Origin: Escherichia phage vB_EcoM_EP32a
Strand: one strand, 5' to 3'
Sequence record: OR544954
DNA length: 64,000 bases
Shown here piece by piece: positions 46,075 to 54,434 of this stretch. How positions within the stretch are numbered: the stretch's first letter is position 1; each line of letters begins with the position of its first letter. Below the pieces are notes generated by a model. It did no database searches and had not been told where the DNA came from. It was given only the letters and a program-made list of their open reading frames with translations. The translations under genes and the position numbers were made by a program.

Positions 46075-46668
46075 ATGAACACACTGAAGAAACTTGTTGA
46101 ATTCATCCGCACTAAACTGGGTACTGCTATGGCTAAAAATCTGACTGTCGAAGAACAGTATAACGCAGCTGCAGATAAGTTGATTACCCAAATCAAAGAA
46201 CTAAAAACGGCTTCTGTTAAATCTATTAATGAAGAAAAACGTATTCGCGAACTTGTTAATGAAAAGAATAAGCAAGCCGCTTCTAAGGAACGTGAAATTC
46301 GTAAGCTCCTGGCTGAAGGACAAGATGTTACTATGCATGCTAAGCTTGGTCTTCTGTATCGTCGAACTGCCGAACAACTTAATACAAAAGCTGACGGGTA
46401 TGCCGCTATGCGAATTGAAATTGCTCGTAAGGTGGTTGAACTTGATGATGCTCGTCAGAATCTGGCAATCAAACTCGAATACATTCGTGAAACTCGAGCA
46501 GCCAATGCCCTTGGTATCTCTACGGCTGATGATGTAATTGAAATCGCTGCACTGACTAAGGTTGATATCGAAGACACTCTGACTCGTGTTGAAACGTTCA
46601 ATGGCACTCCAGCCGGTGTCGAAACCACTTCTGCTGATGTACAAGAATATATTAACTCTTTGAAATAA
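46075..46668 (+). CDS. coiled-coil protein, possibly PspA/IM30-like
   Basis: ORF track starts at 46060; Met at 46075 ([14 protein letters not shown]...); about 197 aa, predicted long helices; weak by-eye resemblance to PspA. Confidence 0.5.
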   Translation: MNTLKKLVEFIRTKLGTAMAKNLTVEEQYNAAADKLITQIKELKTASVKSINEEKRIRELVNEKNKQAASKEREIRKLLAEGQDVTMHAKLGLLYRRTAEQLNTKADGYAAMRIEIARKVVELDDARQNLAIKLEYIRETRAANALGISTADDVIEIAALTKVDIEDTLTRVETFNGTPAGVETTSADVQEYINSLK

Positions 46669-46717
46669 AATAATACGGAGGACTCCGGTCCTCCTTTTGG
46701 ATAATAAAGGAGTTAAC

Positions 46718-47320
46718 ATGCGAAACCAAAATAATGATATTGACTCAATGTTCGAAGAGTTCCGAAATAAGGTAAATCCACCTACGTCTTTAGTTGATTC
46801 ATTACGATATGTTGCAACTGGACGTAAATGGTACTGGTCGTCTTCTTATGAGACTACTGAGAAAACGGCCAGCCATAGCAGAAAATCTTTATTAGCCCCA
46901 GGTATTATGATTCATGATATCGGAGCTATTGCTAAACTAGTTGCAGACCATGATATTAGATTCACTGATTTCGTTGCTCCTACGTGGTCTGTTTGTTGTT
47001 TAAACACTGAATGGGAATATATCAGCGAACGCTCTAAAGATTATTATGGTTTTAGAGACAAGCTTTTAAGGTCTAACATGTTTTATATTGATACAGAAGT
47101 TCTGGTCAATAATAAAAAATACTACTTCACTTTAATCATCGATTCTGAAACTATGTATGAAGGCAAGCCTTTGCTTAAGAGAGTTGATGCTTTAAGTGCT
47201 ATTGATGCGCTTTATGAAACTATGGTTGTTAGTCCTAATTTCACTAACAATTTAATCCTTGAGCAATTTATTATGGAATGTAGAGAATATGTCAAAGCCA
47301 ACCCTATACATGCCAAGTAA
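46718..47320 (+). CDS. hypothetical protein
   Basis: ORF track starts at 46697; RBS aaggag plus Met at 46718 (same taaaggagttaacATG context as gene 26). Confidence 0.6.
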   Translation: MRNQNNDIDSMFEEFRNKVNPPTSLVDSLRYVATGRKWYWSSSYETTEKTASHSRKSLLAPGIMIHDIGAIAKLVADHDIRFTDFVAPTWSVCCLNTEWEYISERSKDYYGFRDKLLRSNMFYIDTEVLVNNKKYYFTLIIDSETMYEGKPLLKRVDALSAIDALYETMVVSPNFTNNLILEQFIMECREYVKANPIHAK

Positions 47321-47684
47321 GCCCTGGGCGTATGAATACAAGCGTAAATTAATCCCAAATGAAGTACTATTTGGCCCTATTTTAGCTTTAGCATTTTTAA
47401 TCTTTATGATTATAGGAGCTGTTTTAGATTCTAGTGAAGTTATATCGTCTGATGCAGCATTTTCATTAATGTTCGTCGCACCACTTATTGTACCGTTTTT
47501 ATTAATGCCTATTAATTGGGTAGGATATTGGCACCAAGGCCGTCATCACAGAGCCCGATTAAGAGAATGGAAAGTTCAGTGCGCAAAAGCCCAAGCTCAG
47601 TATGATGAAGCTGTTAAAAAGTATGAATATGAAGAAGCTATGGAATTCGTTAAGGAAATAAGATGCAAAAGCCTCAACTCTTAA
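47289..47684 (+). CDS. small membrane protein, C-terminal EFVKEIRCK family member
   Basis: Start ambiguous (Met at 47289 or 47310); two predicted TM helices; C-terminal motif shared with 47663, 50440 and 51347 ORFs. Confidence 0.55.
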   Translation: MSKPTLYMPSKPWAYEYKRKLIPNEVLFGPILALAFLIFMIIGAVLDSSEVISSDAAFSLMFVAPLIVPFLLMPINWVGYWHQGRHHRARLREWKVQCAKAQAQYDEAVKKYEYEEAMEFVKEIRCKSLNS

Positions 47685-48022
47685 CCGTATGGCCTTCTCT
47701 TGGTGAGAACATTCTAATTTTTATTATGAGTATTGGCATGGGATTTGCCTTTGGATTAGTTGGATTTCTTATTGACGGCGTTGTGTTAGGATTTATAGGG
47801 AACACTGGTGGATTCACAGACCAATGGCAGGACTTACGGTACACCCAAGCCTTTGCATCCATCGCATCATTTTGTACTGTAGTCTATTTTTACTACGATT
47901 TTATAAACCACAACAAGAAAAATAAAAAGGTTTACGCTTCTCAAATGATTAGTTATAATGAACTCCTAGCTAGACGTGAAAATGAAACAATCGAAAACTT
48001 TATTAAGGAATGTAGAAAATGA
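47663..48022 (+). CDS. small membrane protein, C-terminal ENFIKECRK family member
   Basis: 119 aa, RBS aagga; TM helices; C-terminus ...ETIENFIKECRK. Confidence 0.6.
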   Translation: MQKPQLLTVWPSLGENILIFIMSIGMGFAFGLVGFLIDGVVLGFIGNTGGFTDQWQDLRYTQAFASIASFCTVVYFYYDFINHNKKNKKVYASQMISYNELLARRENETIENFIKECRK

Positions 48023-48324
48023 GTAAGATTATTGAAATTAAAGTACCAGAGTTTAATGATGCCAAATCCGCTTCAGATGCAATTTATAAACTTCTGAATC
48101 AAGCTGAACGTATCGAAGAAGAAGCAACAAAGATCGCAGACCAATATGCCGTATCATTTTCTGTAGGTGATTATGGTAGCGGTCGTACTTATTATCCTAA
48201 GGGTGAAATCGTATCCCAGTGGATGAAAGATGAAATTGAAAATAATGGCGGCGATGTTAAGCGTGAAGGTAATGGATACGTTATTACTGAAGGTGCTTGG
48301 GTTTCGTCTTCTGCGTTGTGCTAA
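48019..48324 (+). CDS. hypothetical protein, tandem paralog 1 (C-terminal GAWVSSSALC)
   Basis: 101 aa; shares a GxGxTYxxPG-like middle motif and the C-terminal GWV[SA]SSxxC motif with the next two ORFs. Confidence 0.6.
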   Translation: MSKIIEIKVPEFNDAKSASDAIYKLLNQAERIEEEATKIADQYAVSFSVGDYGSGRTYYPKGEIVSQWMKDEIENNGGDVKREGNGYVITEGAWVSSSALC

Positions 48325-48333
48325 GGAATCATT

Positions 48334-48606
48334 ATGTCTAAAGAACAAACCGAACTGGCTGAAGCTGTAGCAAAAATCTATGCAGCTATTGAGGCTGCCA
48401 AAGAAATTGCTGATAAACAAAACACAACATTCAACTTGTACCCAGCTTATGGTATGGGTGGAACCTATCATTCACCCGGACATCTTAAAGCCGATCTTGA
48501 ACGTTGTACAAAAAACGGCTATGCTGAATGGGCTGACGTTTACCAATACGACTACAACCTGAGCCTCGAAACTGGTGGTTGGGTCGCATCTTCTCACACT
48601 TGCTAA
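48334..48606 (+). CDS. hypothetical protein, tandem paralog 2 (C-terminal GGWVASSHTC)
   Basis: 90 aa; RBS ctaaggaa; same family. Confidence 0.6.
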   Translation: MSKEQTELAEAVAKIYAAIEAAKEIADKQNTTFNLYPAYGMGGTYHSPGHLKADLERCTKNGYAEWADVYQYDYNLSLETGGWVASSHTC

Positions 48607-48615
48607 GGAAACAAT

Positions 48616-48813
48616 ATGTCTCGTGAATTAGATTGTGCTGTACGTACGGCAGTAGCTGCTCTGGAAAACCTGTTCCAAATTGCAACAGAAGAACGCGAAG
48701 AAGTTACATTATGGATTGAAGATAACGCAGGTCTGAATCTCCAGGACGCGATCTCATTATCCCACAATAGTATCACTGTTCAAGGCTGGGTATCATCTAG
48801 TTATTCTTGCTAA
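48616..48813 (+). CDS. hypothetical protein, tandem paralog 3 (C-terminal QGWVSSSYSC)
   Basis: 65 aa; RBS ctaaggaa; same family, shortest member. Confidence 0.55.
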   Translation: MSRELDCAVRTAVAALENLFQIATEEREEVTLWIEDNAGLNLQDAISLSHNSITVQGWVSSSYSC

Positions 48814-48817
48814 AACA

Positions 48818-48875
48818 GTTTACAACAAGATAGGGCTATGTTATAGTAGTCCTATCAAAACAAATGGAGTCCACA
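48818..48875 (+). promoter_or_regulatory. PeSL-like early promoter cassette
   Basis: GTTTACA, spacer, TATAGT; inverted repeat gatagggcta/tagtcctatc (one mismatch); leader caaaacaaatggag. Confidence 0.65.
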
Positions 48876-49115
48876 ATGATTTATTACGAAAGTATCGGAA
48901 CCAAAGTGGTTGGCAAAACCATTACTCGTGAAAAGTTTGCAAAGATATTCGATATGCGTTATAAAAAATCTGAACACAAAGGCATCCGATTCGAAGATGC
49001 GCACTGTACAATTTGCCCTTATAATGAAGACATAAACGGTACAATCGTTCCATTGGTAGAAGCTTCACATGATGACCTCTGGGATGAATATAATATCGCA
49101 TGTCGTGAAATTTAA
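48876..49115 (+). CDS. hypothetical protein
   Basis: ORF track starts at 48864; Met at 48876 after the conserved leader; about 79 aa. Confidence 0.55.
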   Translation: MIYYESIGTKVVGKTITREKFAKIFDMRYKKSEHKGIRFEDAHCTICPYNEDINGTIVPLVEASHDDLWDEYNIACREI

Positions 49116-49143
49116 GTTAATGAATTAATCCGAGGAAAATATT

Positions 49144-50100
49144 ATGATGTTAGTTATTGGTTCTCGTGCACTTCACTATCACGGTCTTATTGATTCTAGC
49201 GCTATCAAAAATAGTGATTGGGACTTTATTGCGGACCAAGGTTCTTGGAATGCATTCAAAAATCAAATGATGGGTGTATATGTCCACCAAGATAACCCTG
49301 ATGTCCAAGTTTTCAAATGCTTCCATAATGGTCGCGAAACTCATTTTGAAGCATATATTGTTCCGGCAATCACTAATGTCCGTGAATTAGTCGGTGAACT
49401 CACTCCTGAAGATTTCACATCTTCTTATGACCTTTTAAAATACGCCAAGAAAAATTTGACTAAAGACCGTTTGAACGGGTTTTACTGGGCAACTCCTGAG
49501 ATATGTCTTGCAATTAAGATGTCTCATCGTTTCAAGAAAAATAATCCATTCTTTTTAAAGACTATGAACCATATTCAGTATCTTCGTGGTAAAGGTGTTA
49601 CACTGAACGATGAACTTACTGAAATTATGCTGAAACGCCAAAAAGAAACTTTGAACTATGCTCACCCTGTTCTTGACACTTCTAAAAGTGCGTTCTTTAA
49701 AGATGACATCTATACATATGACCATGATACTATTCACGAAGCCATTGCACTAACAGACCGTCCGGCTTATATGTTTTACATGAAAGATGGTTCTGAAGTC
49801 ATGACCTCACGCGAGAAGTTCGAATCATTACCGGAAATGGTCAAATTGGCCGGTGTATATGAAGAATCATGTGTACTAGCATTAGAACGTTCTCAGATTC
49901 CTAACGACTTTAAAATCCATCCACGTGATAGTTTTATGATGGCCCTTGAAAAGGTCTGTACATCAATCACATCAGGATGGTTCCGTGAGTTCGCTTGGGA
50001 AAATTATAGCAAAGTAGTAAGTATGTACCAAAGCTTAGGACACGACGATTACGTCAAGCGTTTCAAACAAAACTTTCATATGGTAAAACCTTTCAAATAA
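49144..50100 (+). CDS. hypothetical 318 aa protein, possible nucleotidyltransferase-like N-terminus
   Basis: RBS gaggaaaa; N-terminal IGSRALHYHGL...SDWDF loosely resembles the GS-x(n)-DxD pattern of Pol-beta-superfamily nucleotidyltransferases (spacing longer than canonical). Confidence 0.5.
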   Translation: MMLVIGSRALHYHGLIDSSAIKNSDWDFIADQGSWNAFKNQMMGVYVHQDNPDVQVFKCFHNGRETHFEAYIVPAITNVRELVGELTPEDFTSSYDLLKYAKKNLTKDRLNGFYWATPEICLAIKMSHRFKKNNPFFLKTMNHIQYLRGKGVTLNDELTEIMLKRQKETLNYAHPVLDTSKSAFFKDDIYTYDHDTIHEAIALTDRPAYMFYMKDGSEVMTSREKFESLPEMVKLAGVYEESCVLALERSQIPNDFKIHPRDSFMMALEKVCTSITSGWFREFAWENYSKVVSMYQSLGHDDYVKRFKQNFHMVKPFK

Positions 50101-50112
50101 TTTCACAAAACA

Positions 50113-50180
50113 GTTTACAAGGTCTGTAGTTGTTGATACTATAGACCTATCAAAACAAATGAGTGAATGGAGATATAAAA
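50113..50180 (+). promoter_or_regulatory. PeSL-like early promoter cassette
   Basis: GTTTACA, spacer, TACTAT; inverted repeat ggtctgtag/ctatagacc; leader caaaacaaatgagtgaatggagatataaaaATG. Confidence 0.65.
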
Positions 50181-50381
50181 ATGACTACTTTGAATAAACG
50201 TTTCGGTAAAGCTAAACCTGGTTGTGCAGCAGAACGTCGTTATGTTTTCGCTCAGTTAGAAGATGTAGAGTATCAGATTAATCAAGTTCACATTACTGGT
50301 ATCGAGCCTATGTGTGGCCTTGAAGCTCTTCGTGAAGTTCGTGATGGGTATCGTCGTGACATCGAAGAAATGTCAAAATAA
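50181..50381 (+). CDS. hypothetical small protein
   Basis: ORF track starts at 50163; Met at 50181 after the conserved leader; 66 aa. Confidence 0.55.
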   Translation: MTTLNKRFGKAKPGCAAERRYVFAQLEDVEYQINQVHITGIEPMCGLEALREVRDGYRRDIEEMSK

Positions 50382-50382
50382 G

Positions 50383-50439
50383 TGTACAAACTGATAGGAC
50401 TATGTTATAGTAGTCCTATTAAAACATGAGGAGAATATT
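50383..50439 (+). promoter_or_regulatory. PeSL-like early promoter cassette
   Basis: GTGTACA, spacer, TATAGT; 9-bp inverted repeat ataggacta/tagtcctat as in the 42869 copy; RBS gaggag. Confidence 0.65.
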
Positions 50440-50745
50440 ATGAAATTAGGCGAAACCAACCGAATTGGTCTTTTAACAATATTTGTATCACTTTTTTACG
50501 CAGCTCTTTCTGTTGCAGTATTACAAAAGGCTTACAGTATGGATGGTGTTCCTGGTTGTATATTTTTATCACCATTTTTGCTATTCGTTGGAGCTTTGTT
50601 ATTATATGCCACGTCTGGTTTCGACAATAATGTCTGGGTCAATTATAAACGTAAATTGTCTGAAGAAGAACACGCAGAAGCTCGTAAAAAAGCTATTGAA
50701 TCTACCAATCTAGAAAATTTCATTAAAGAATGTCGAGGAAAATAA
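50440..50745 (+). CDS. small membrane protein, C-terminal ENFIKECRGK family member
   Basis: 101 aa; two TM helices; C-terminus ...STNLENFIKECRGK. Confidence 0.6.
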   Translation: MKLGETNRIGLLTIFVSLFYAALSVAVLQKAYSMDGVPGCIFLSPFLLFVGALLLYATSGFDNNVWVNYKRKLSEEEHAEARKKAIESTNLENFIKECRGK

Positions 50746-50789
50746 TATGAATAGTTCTAAAGTGTTTAATAGTCAAGCTCGTGCAGTAG

Positions 50790-51347
50790 GTGGTTTTGCT
50801 CACGCGATTAAAAATGACCAGATTAAAAACGAGCCTATGTTCTTCAACTGTAGTATTTGATTCACGAGTCCATATGCTGATGCCTGGTTGGTATCCTGCT
50901 ATTCCAGGTTATCACCATGACGATGTACCACGCCCGGATATTCCAGTTGGTCAACACTTTATTACTGCAGGACAACCTGACTATGACAATCCTCGCTATT
51001 TGTCTGAACACATTCTTGGTCTTGTTAACGCTGATGTGTGTCCTACTCATTTTGCAACAGGAACTGCAGAGTTCAGTCAGATTCCTGATGGCGAACTTAT
51101 CTATCGCCAGTGGCACAAAGAAGTCCTCGAAAAAATCGAAAAAGGTGAACTAGAGAAATGGGAAGCTCCGGACCGTACTCTTCTTCAGTTTGATTGGCAA
51201 ACATGGCACACTGGTTCTCGTGCAATTAGTAATGGATGGCGTTGGTTCGGACGTGTATCTCGTAATACAGACCGAGTTAAAAAGATTACCAATGAAATTC
51301 GTGTCAATGCTCAAGTTTATCTGGAATTCCCTATGGAAGGCTGGTAA
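50790..51347 (+). CDS. hypothetical protein, possibly frameshifted
   Basis: 185 aa ORF whose 5' end overlaps, in another frame, a 37-codon ORF (50747-50860) that starts 1 nt after the upstream stop; no RBS for internal Mets. Confidence 0.4.
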   Translation: MVLLTRLKMTRLKTSLCSSTVVFDSRVHMLMPGWYPAIPGYHHDDVPRPDIPVGQHFITAGQPDYDNPRYLSEHILGLVNADVCPTHFATGTAEFSQIPDGELIYRQWHKEVLEKIEKGELEKWEAPDRTLLQFDWQTWHTGSRAISNGWRWFGRVSRNTDRVKKITNEIRVNAQVYLEFPMEGW

Positions 51348-51838
51348 TGATTAACAAAACATATTGGTCTAATATTGACGACGGCAATGAAGGTATTTCA
51401 TACTATTCAGTAGATTGGACAGGATGTCCATCCTACTTAGTGAAACGTATTTGCCAAGAATTTAAAATCGACCAGCCAGCAGGTATTATCGTGAACAGAT
51501 ACATTAATGGATATCAACCTATCGATGAAGTAATACGAACAACTCAAGCTGAGCTTGAAAAGTTTTTCAATAAGTGCCAATGGATAACAGGATGGATTAT
51601 ATTTGTACCGTCTATATGGTTTTTCAGTACTAAGGTGAGTTCTTTCGGTTTTGTTGATATTATTGCTATCTTATTAGCATCTACTATCGTAAGTATTATT
51701 GGCGGTATAATTGGTGGAGGTACTGTAGGCATCATTATTAATCTTATTAAAAGTAGTTTACAAGAACATAAAGACAAGATAAAAGCCAAGAATAATGAAG
51801 TTGAACGTTTTATTACCGAATGCAGGAATTTGAGATGA
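51347..51838 (+). CDS. membrane protein, C-terminal ERFITECRNLR family member
   Basis: 163 aa; TM helices with GGIIGGGTVGIII segment; ATGA overlap with upstream stop; C-terminal motif as family. Confidence 0.6.
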   Translation: MINKTYWSNIDDGNEGISYYSVDWTGCPSYLVKRICQEFKIDQPAGIIVNRYINGYQPIDEVIRTTQAELEKFFNKCQWITGWIIFVPSIWFFSTKVSSFGFVDIIAILLASTIVSIIGGIIGGGTVGIIINLIKSSLQEHKDKIKAKNNEVERFITECRNLR

Positions 51839-52071
51839 GTATAGCAATTTACATTAAATCAGAATCATGTGATAGTTATCTGTACACATACGATAAAGAT
51901 GTGTCAGAAGAAAAAATCAAAGACGACCTTAATACGGATCTTGATATGTTCTGTCCTATTGCAGATTACAAACTTGCGGTCTCTAATAGTGAAAGTCCAT
52001 CTAAAGAAACGCGCATTGAAGAATTTATGTCCGAATTAATGGCCAAATCATGGGACCGAGATGATGAGTAA
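51835..52071 (+). CDS. hypothetical acidic protein
   Basis: ORF track starts at 51820; Met at 51835 overlaps the upstream stop (ATGA). Confidence 0.5.
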   Translation: MSIAIYIKSESCDSYLYTYDKDVSEEKIKDDLNTDLDMFCPIADYKLAVSNSESPSKETRIEEFMSELMAKSWDRDDE

Positions 52072-52519
52072 GAAAAATAAAGTGAAAGAACTATCAGCCG
52101 GTATTATTTTCCTTACCGAAGATAAAGAATTATTCATGGGGCGTGTAACTGGTTCTCGTCCTAAAGGTTCTTTAGCTCATCGCTGGGATATTCCTAAAGG
52201 ACGTGTCGAGCCCGGTGAATCTCCTATTGAAGCCGCTATTCGCGAATGCGAAGAAGAAACTGGGTTTACACAATATGACCCTGCCTTCCTGAAAGACCTA
52301 GGTGAACATCATTACTCAGACAATAAGAATATTCATCTGTTCCTATATACCATCCCTGTAGAGCACGAGCAATTCAGAAACAGTGCTTGTAATTCCTATC
52401 ATACATTCCCAGACGGACGACAGATTCCTGAATTTGATGCGTTCGCTTTAATTAAACCTTCTCAATGGGAATATGTAATGGGCAAATCATTATATAAGGT
52501 GCTCACTACCCTCCTATAA
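52064..52519 (+). CDS. nudE: Nudix hydrolase NudE (e.1)
   Basis: Nudix box GRVEPGESPIEAAIRECEEETGF; immediately upstream of lysozyme e as in T4. Confidence 0.9.
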   Translation: MSKKNKVKELSAGIIFLTEDKELFMGRVTGSRPKGSLAHRWDIPKGRVEPGESPIEAAIRECEEETGFTQYDPAFLKDLGEHHYSDNKNIHLFLYTIPVEHEQFRNSACNSYHTFPDGRQIPEFDAFALIKPSQWEYVMGKSLYKVLTTLL

Positions 52520-52525
52520 GTAATA

Positions 52526-52553
52526 AATACCTCCTATAAACGTGGGAGGTATT
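52526..52553 (+). promoter_or_regulatory. RBS-sequestering hairpin with late-promoter-like TATAAA in the loop, upstream of e
   Basis: 9-bp perfect inverted repeat aatacctcc / ggaggtatt; the 3' arm contains the Shine-Dalgarno ggagg and ends 1 nt before the e ATG. Confidence 0.65.
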
Positions 52554-53042
52554 ATGAATATATTTGAAATGCTTCGTAATGACGAAGGTCTTAGACTGAC
52601 TTTATACAAAGACACTGAAGGCTTTTGGACGATTGGCATAGGCCATTTAGTAACAAAGAACCCATCTTTAGCCGTAGCTAAAGCTGAACTTGACAGAATG
52701 ATCGGACGTAAATGCAACGGTACAATTACCCTTGATGAGGCTGAAAAGCTATTTAATGAAGACGTTGATAAAGCTGTTCGCGGAATCTTGGGTAATGCTA
52801 AACTTAAACCGGTATATGATTCTTTAGATGCAGTTCGTCGATGTGCATTGGTCAATATGGTCTTCCAAATGGGTGTAACAGGCGTCGCCGGTTTTACTAA
52901 TTCTCTTCGTATGCTTCAACAGAAACGTTGGGACGAGGCGGCAGTAAATCTAGCCCAATCTAAATGGTACCGTCAGACACCTAATCGCGCGAAACGCGTA
53001 ATCTCAACATTTAAAACAGGAACTTGGAAAGCGTATATATGA
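52554..53042 (+). CDS. e: endolysin (T4 lysozyme, gene e)
   Basis: ORF track starts at 52542; Met at 52554 gives [32 protein letters not shown]..., near-identical to T4 lysozyme including the catalytic E11/D20 region. Confidence 0.95.
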   Translation: MNIFEMLRNDEGLRLTLYKDTEGFWTIGIGHLVTKNPSLAVAKAELDRMIGRKCNGTITLDEAEKLFNEDVDKAVRGILGNAKLKPVYDSLDAVRRCALVNMVFQMGVTGVAGFTNSLRMLQQKRWDEAAVNLAQSKWYRQTPNRAKRVISTFKTGTWKAYI

Positions 53043-53320
53043 AAACATATAGTGAATTTTTATCAGAATCTATTCTTAACGAAGCTACTGACACATTTGC
53101 AACTAAGCTAGGTGCAGCTTTGGTTGAAGCTGAAAGTCTATTAGCACGTATTTCTGAACTTGCTAGTAAGATAGATACTCGCAAATTTGAACGTACCAGC
53201 GATATCGCTAAGCTTGAAGCCTTGTTGCGTATGTGTGATAAACCGGAAGAAATCGCTAAGAACGGCTCGCTGATGAAACAACGTCTTGAAAAATATATTT
53301 CAGGCGCTTCAGAAAAATAG
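53039..53320 (+). CDS. internal protein (IPII/IPIII-like)
   Basis: ORF track starts at 53024; Met at 53039 overlaps the e stop (ATGA); N-terminal capsid targeting sequence [10 protein letters not shown] followed by ILNE, which fits a gp21 cleavage site. Confidence 0.7.
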   Translation: MKTYSEFLSESILNEATDTFATKLGAALVEAESLLARISELASKIDTRKFERTSDIAKLEALLRMCDKPEEIAKNGSLMKQRLEKYISGASEK

Positions 53321-53321
53321 T

Positions 53322-53378
53322 GTTTACTTCCTCCAAGGGTTTTGATACTATACATTCATCAACTACTTGGAGGAAATT
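53322..53378 (+). promoter_or_regulatory. early promoter with RBS-sequestering hairpin upstream of denV
   Basis: GTTTAC, 18-nt spacer, TACTAT; 10-bp perfect inverted repeat ttcctccaag / cttggaggaa; the 3' arm contains the denV Shine-Dalgarno. Confidence 0.65.
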
Positions 53379-53792
53379 ATGACTCGTATCAATTTAACAC
53401 TTGTTTCTGAACTGACCGACCAACATCTTATGGCTGAGTATCGTGAATTACCACGCGTATTTGGTGCAGTCCGTAAACATGTTCAAAACGGTAAACGTGT
53501 AAAGGATTTTAAAATCTCTCCAACATTTATCTTAGGCACAGGTCACGTAACATTCTTTTACGACAAACTCGAATTTTTACGTTTACGTCAAATCGAGCTA
53601 ATCGCTGAATGCTTGAAACGTGGTTTCAAAATCAAGGACACGACTGTTCAGGATATTTCCGACATCCCTGCCGAATTTCGTAATAATTACGTCCCGTCCG
53701 AAGCGTCCATTGCGATAAGTCAAGCACGCTTAGATGAAAAAATTGCTCAACGTCCGACTTGGTACAAATACTATGGTAAATCAATTTACTAA
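53379..53792 (+). CDS. denV: endonuclease V (pyrimidine dimer DNA glycosylase)
   Basis: ORF track starts at 53367; Met at 53379 gives [35 protein letters not shown]..., near-identical to T4 DenV. Confidence 0.95.
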   Translation: MTRINLTLVSELTDQHLMAEYRELPRVFGAVRKHVQNGKRVKDFKISPTFILGTGHVTFFYDKLEFLRLRQIELIAECLKRGFKIKDTTVQDISDIPAEFRNNYVPSEASIAISQARLDEKIAQRPTWYKYYGKSIY

Positions 53793-53799
53793 GGAAAAA

Positions 53800-54060
53800 A
53801 TGAAAATGTATCAAGAATTTATCATTGAAGCAGATGCCAAAGACCCTAAATTTAAAGTTAAAGCTTTCATTGGTGATGCGGAAGACTTTGGCTCATTAAA
53901 ACGTAATGGGTATTCTTTCTTAGGTGGTGATGGTAAAGAAATCAACACCTATGCAAAACGTAGTGAAATTGCTTATGTTGTAGTAAGTCCTAAAGTAGAT
54001 GTTGACGATATTGGATACGATTTTAACAACTTCGGAATTATTTCTGGCGGTAAAGCTTAA
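53800..54060 (+). CDS. internal protein (IP-like)
   Basis: ORF track starts at 53734; RBS aagga plus Met at 53800; capsid targeting sequence MKMYQEFIIE; 86 aa. Confidence 0.65.
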   Translation: MKMYQEFIIEADAKDPKFKVKAFIGDAEDFGSLKRNGYSFLGGDGKEINTYAKRSEIAYVVVSPKVDVDDIGYDFNNFGIISGGKA

Positions 54061-54063
54061 ATT

Positions 54064-54123
54064 GTTTACGCTTAAGTATTAATATGGTATAATTACTCTA
54101 TCAAAACAAACAAGGAAACAAAA
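54064..54123 (+). promoter_or_regulatory. early promoter cassette (GTTTAC, 18 nt, TATAAT)
   Basis: Consensus-like -35/-10 followed by the conserved leader ctatcaaaacaaacaaggaaacaaaaATG. Confidence 0.65.
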
Positions 54124-54201
54124 ATGAAAACATATAAAGAATTTATCGCCGATCCAACCTGTAATAAGGTCGAGCCCAAGTGCGGTAATGGGTTTACATA
54201 G
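54124..54201 (+). pseudogene. truncated internal-protein gene remnant (25 codons)
   Basis: ORF starts with the capsid targeting sequence MKTYKEFIA but stops after 25 codons (MKTYKEFIADPTCNKVEPKCGNGFT*). Confidence 0.5.
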
Positions 54202-54257
54202 CGAGTCGAAGGACCTAACATGTGCCACGGAATGGCCCAAACCTTAAGAGAAATAAT

Positions 54258-54428
54258 ATGAGAACATTTTTAACTGGACCTTATCTATCCCTGATGAATG
54301 CTTTTACACACCATTCTGATGCTAGAGTAGAAGAAATTTGTAAGAACGGTTATGTCCCGCCATTTGAAGAAGTACTCAAGCAGTACTGTACACTTCGTTT
54401 AGACGGCGGCCGACAATCCGGTAAATAA
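54258..54428 (+). CDS. hypothetical small protein
   Basis: ORF track starts at 54222; Met at 54258 (MRTFLTGPYLSL...) preceded by an A-rich RBS-like region. Confidence 0.45.
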   Translation: MRTFLTGPYLSLMNAFTHHSDARVEEICKNGYVPPFEEVLKQYCTLRLDGGRQSGK

Positions 54429-54434
54429 ATTGCT

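Noticed and set aside
45861-46719. Minus-strand ORFs of 111, 61 and 172 aa
   Set aside because: Antisense to plus-strand ORFs that have RBS and promoter cassettes; the whole region is transcribed on the plus strand.
52514-53355. Minus-strand ORFs of 113 and 114 aa overlapping lysozyme e and the internal-protein gene
   Set aside because: Antisense to high-confidence genes; no start signals.
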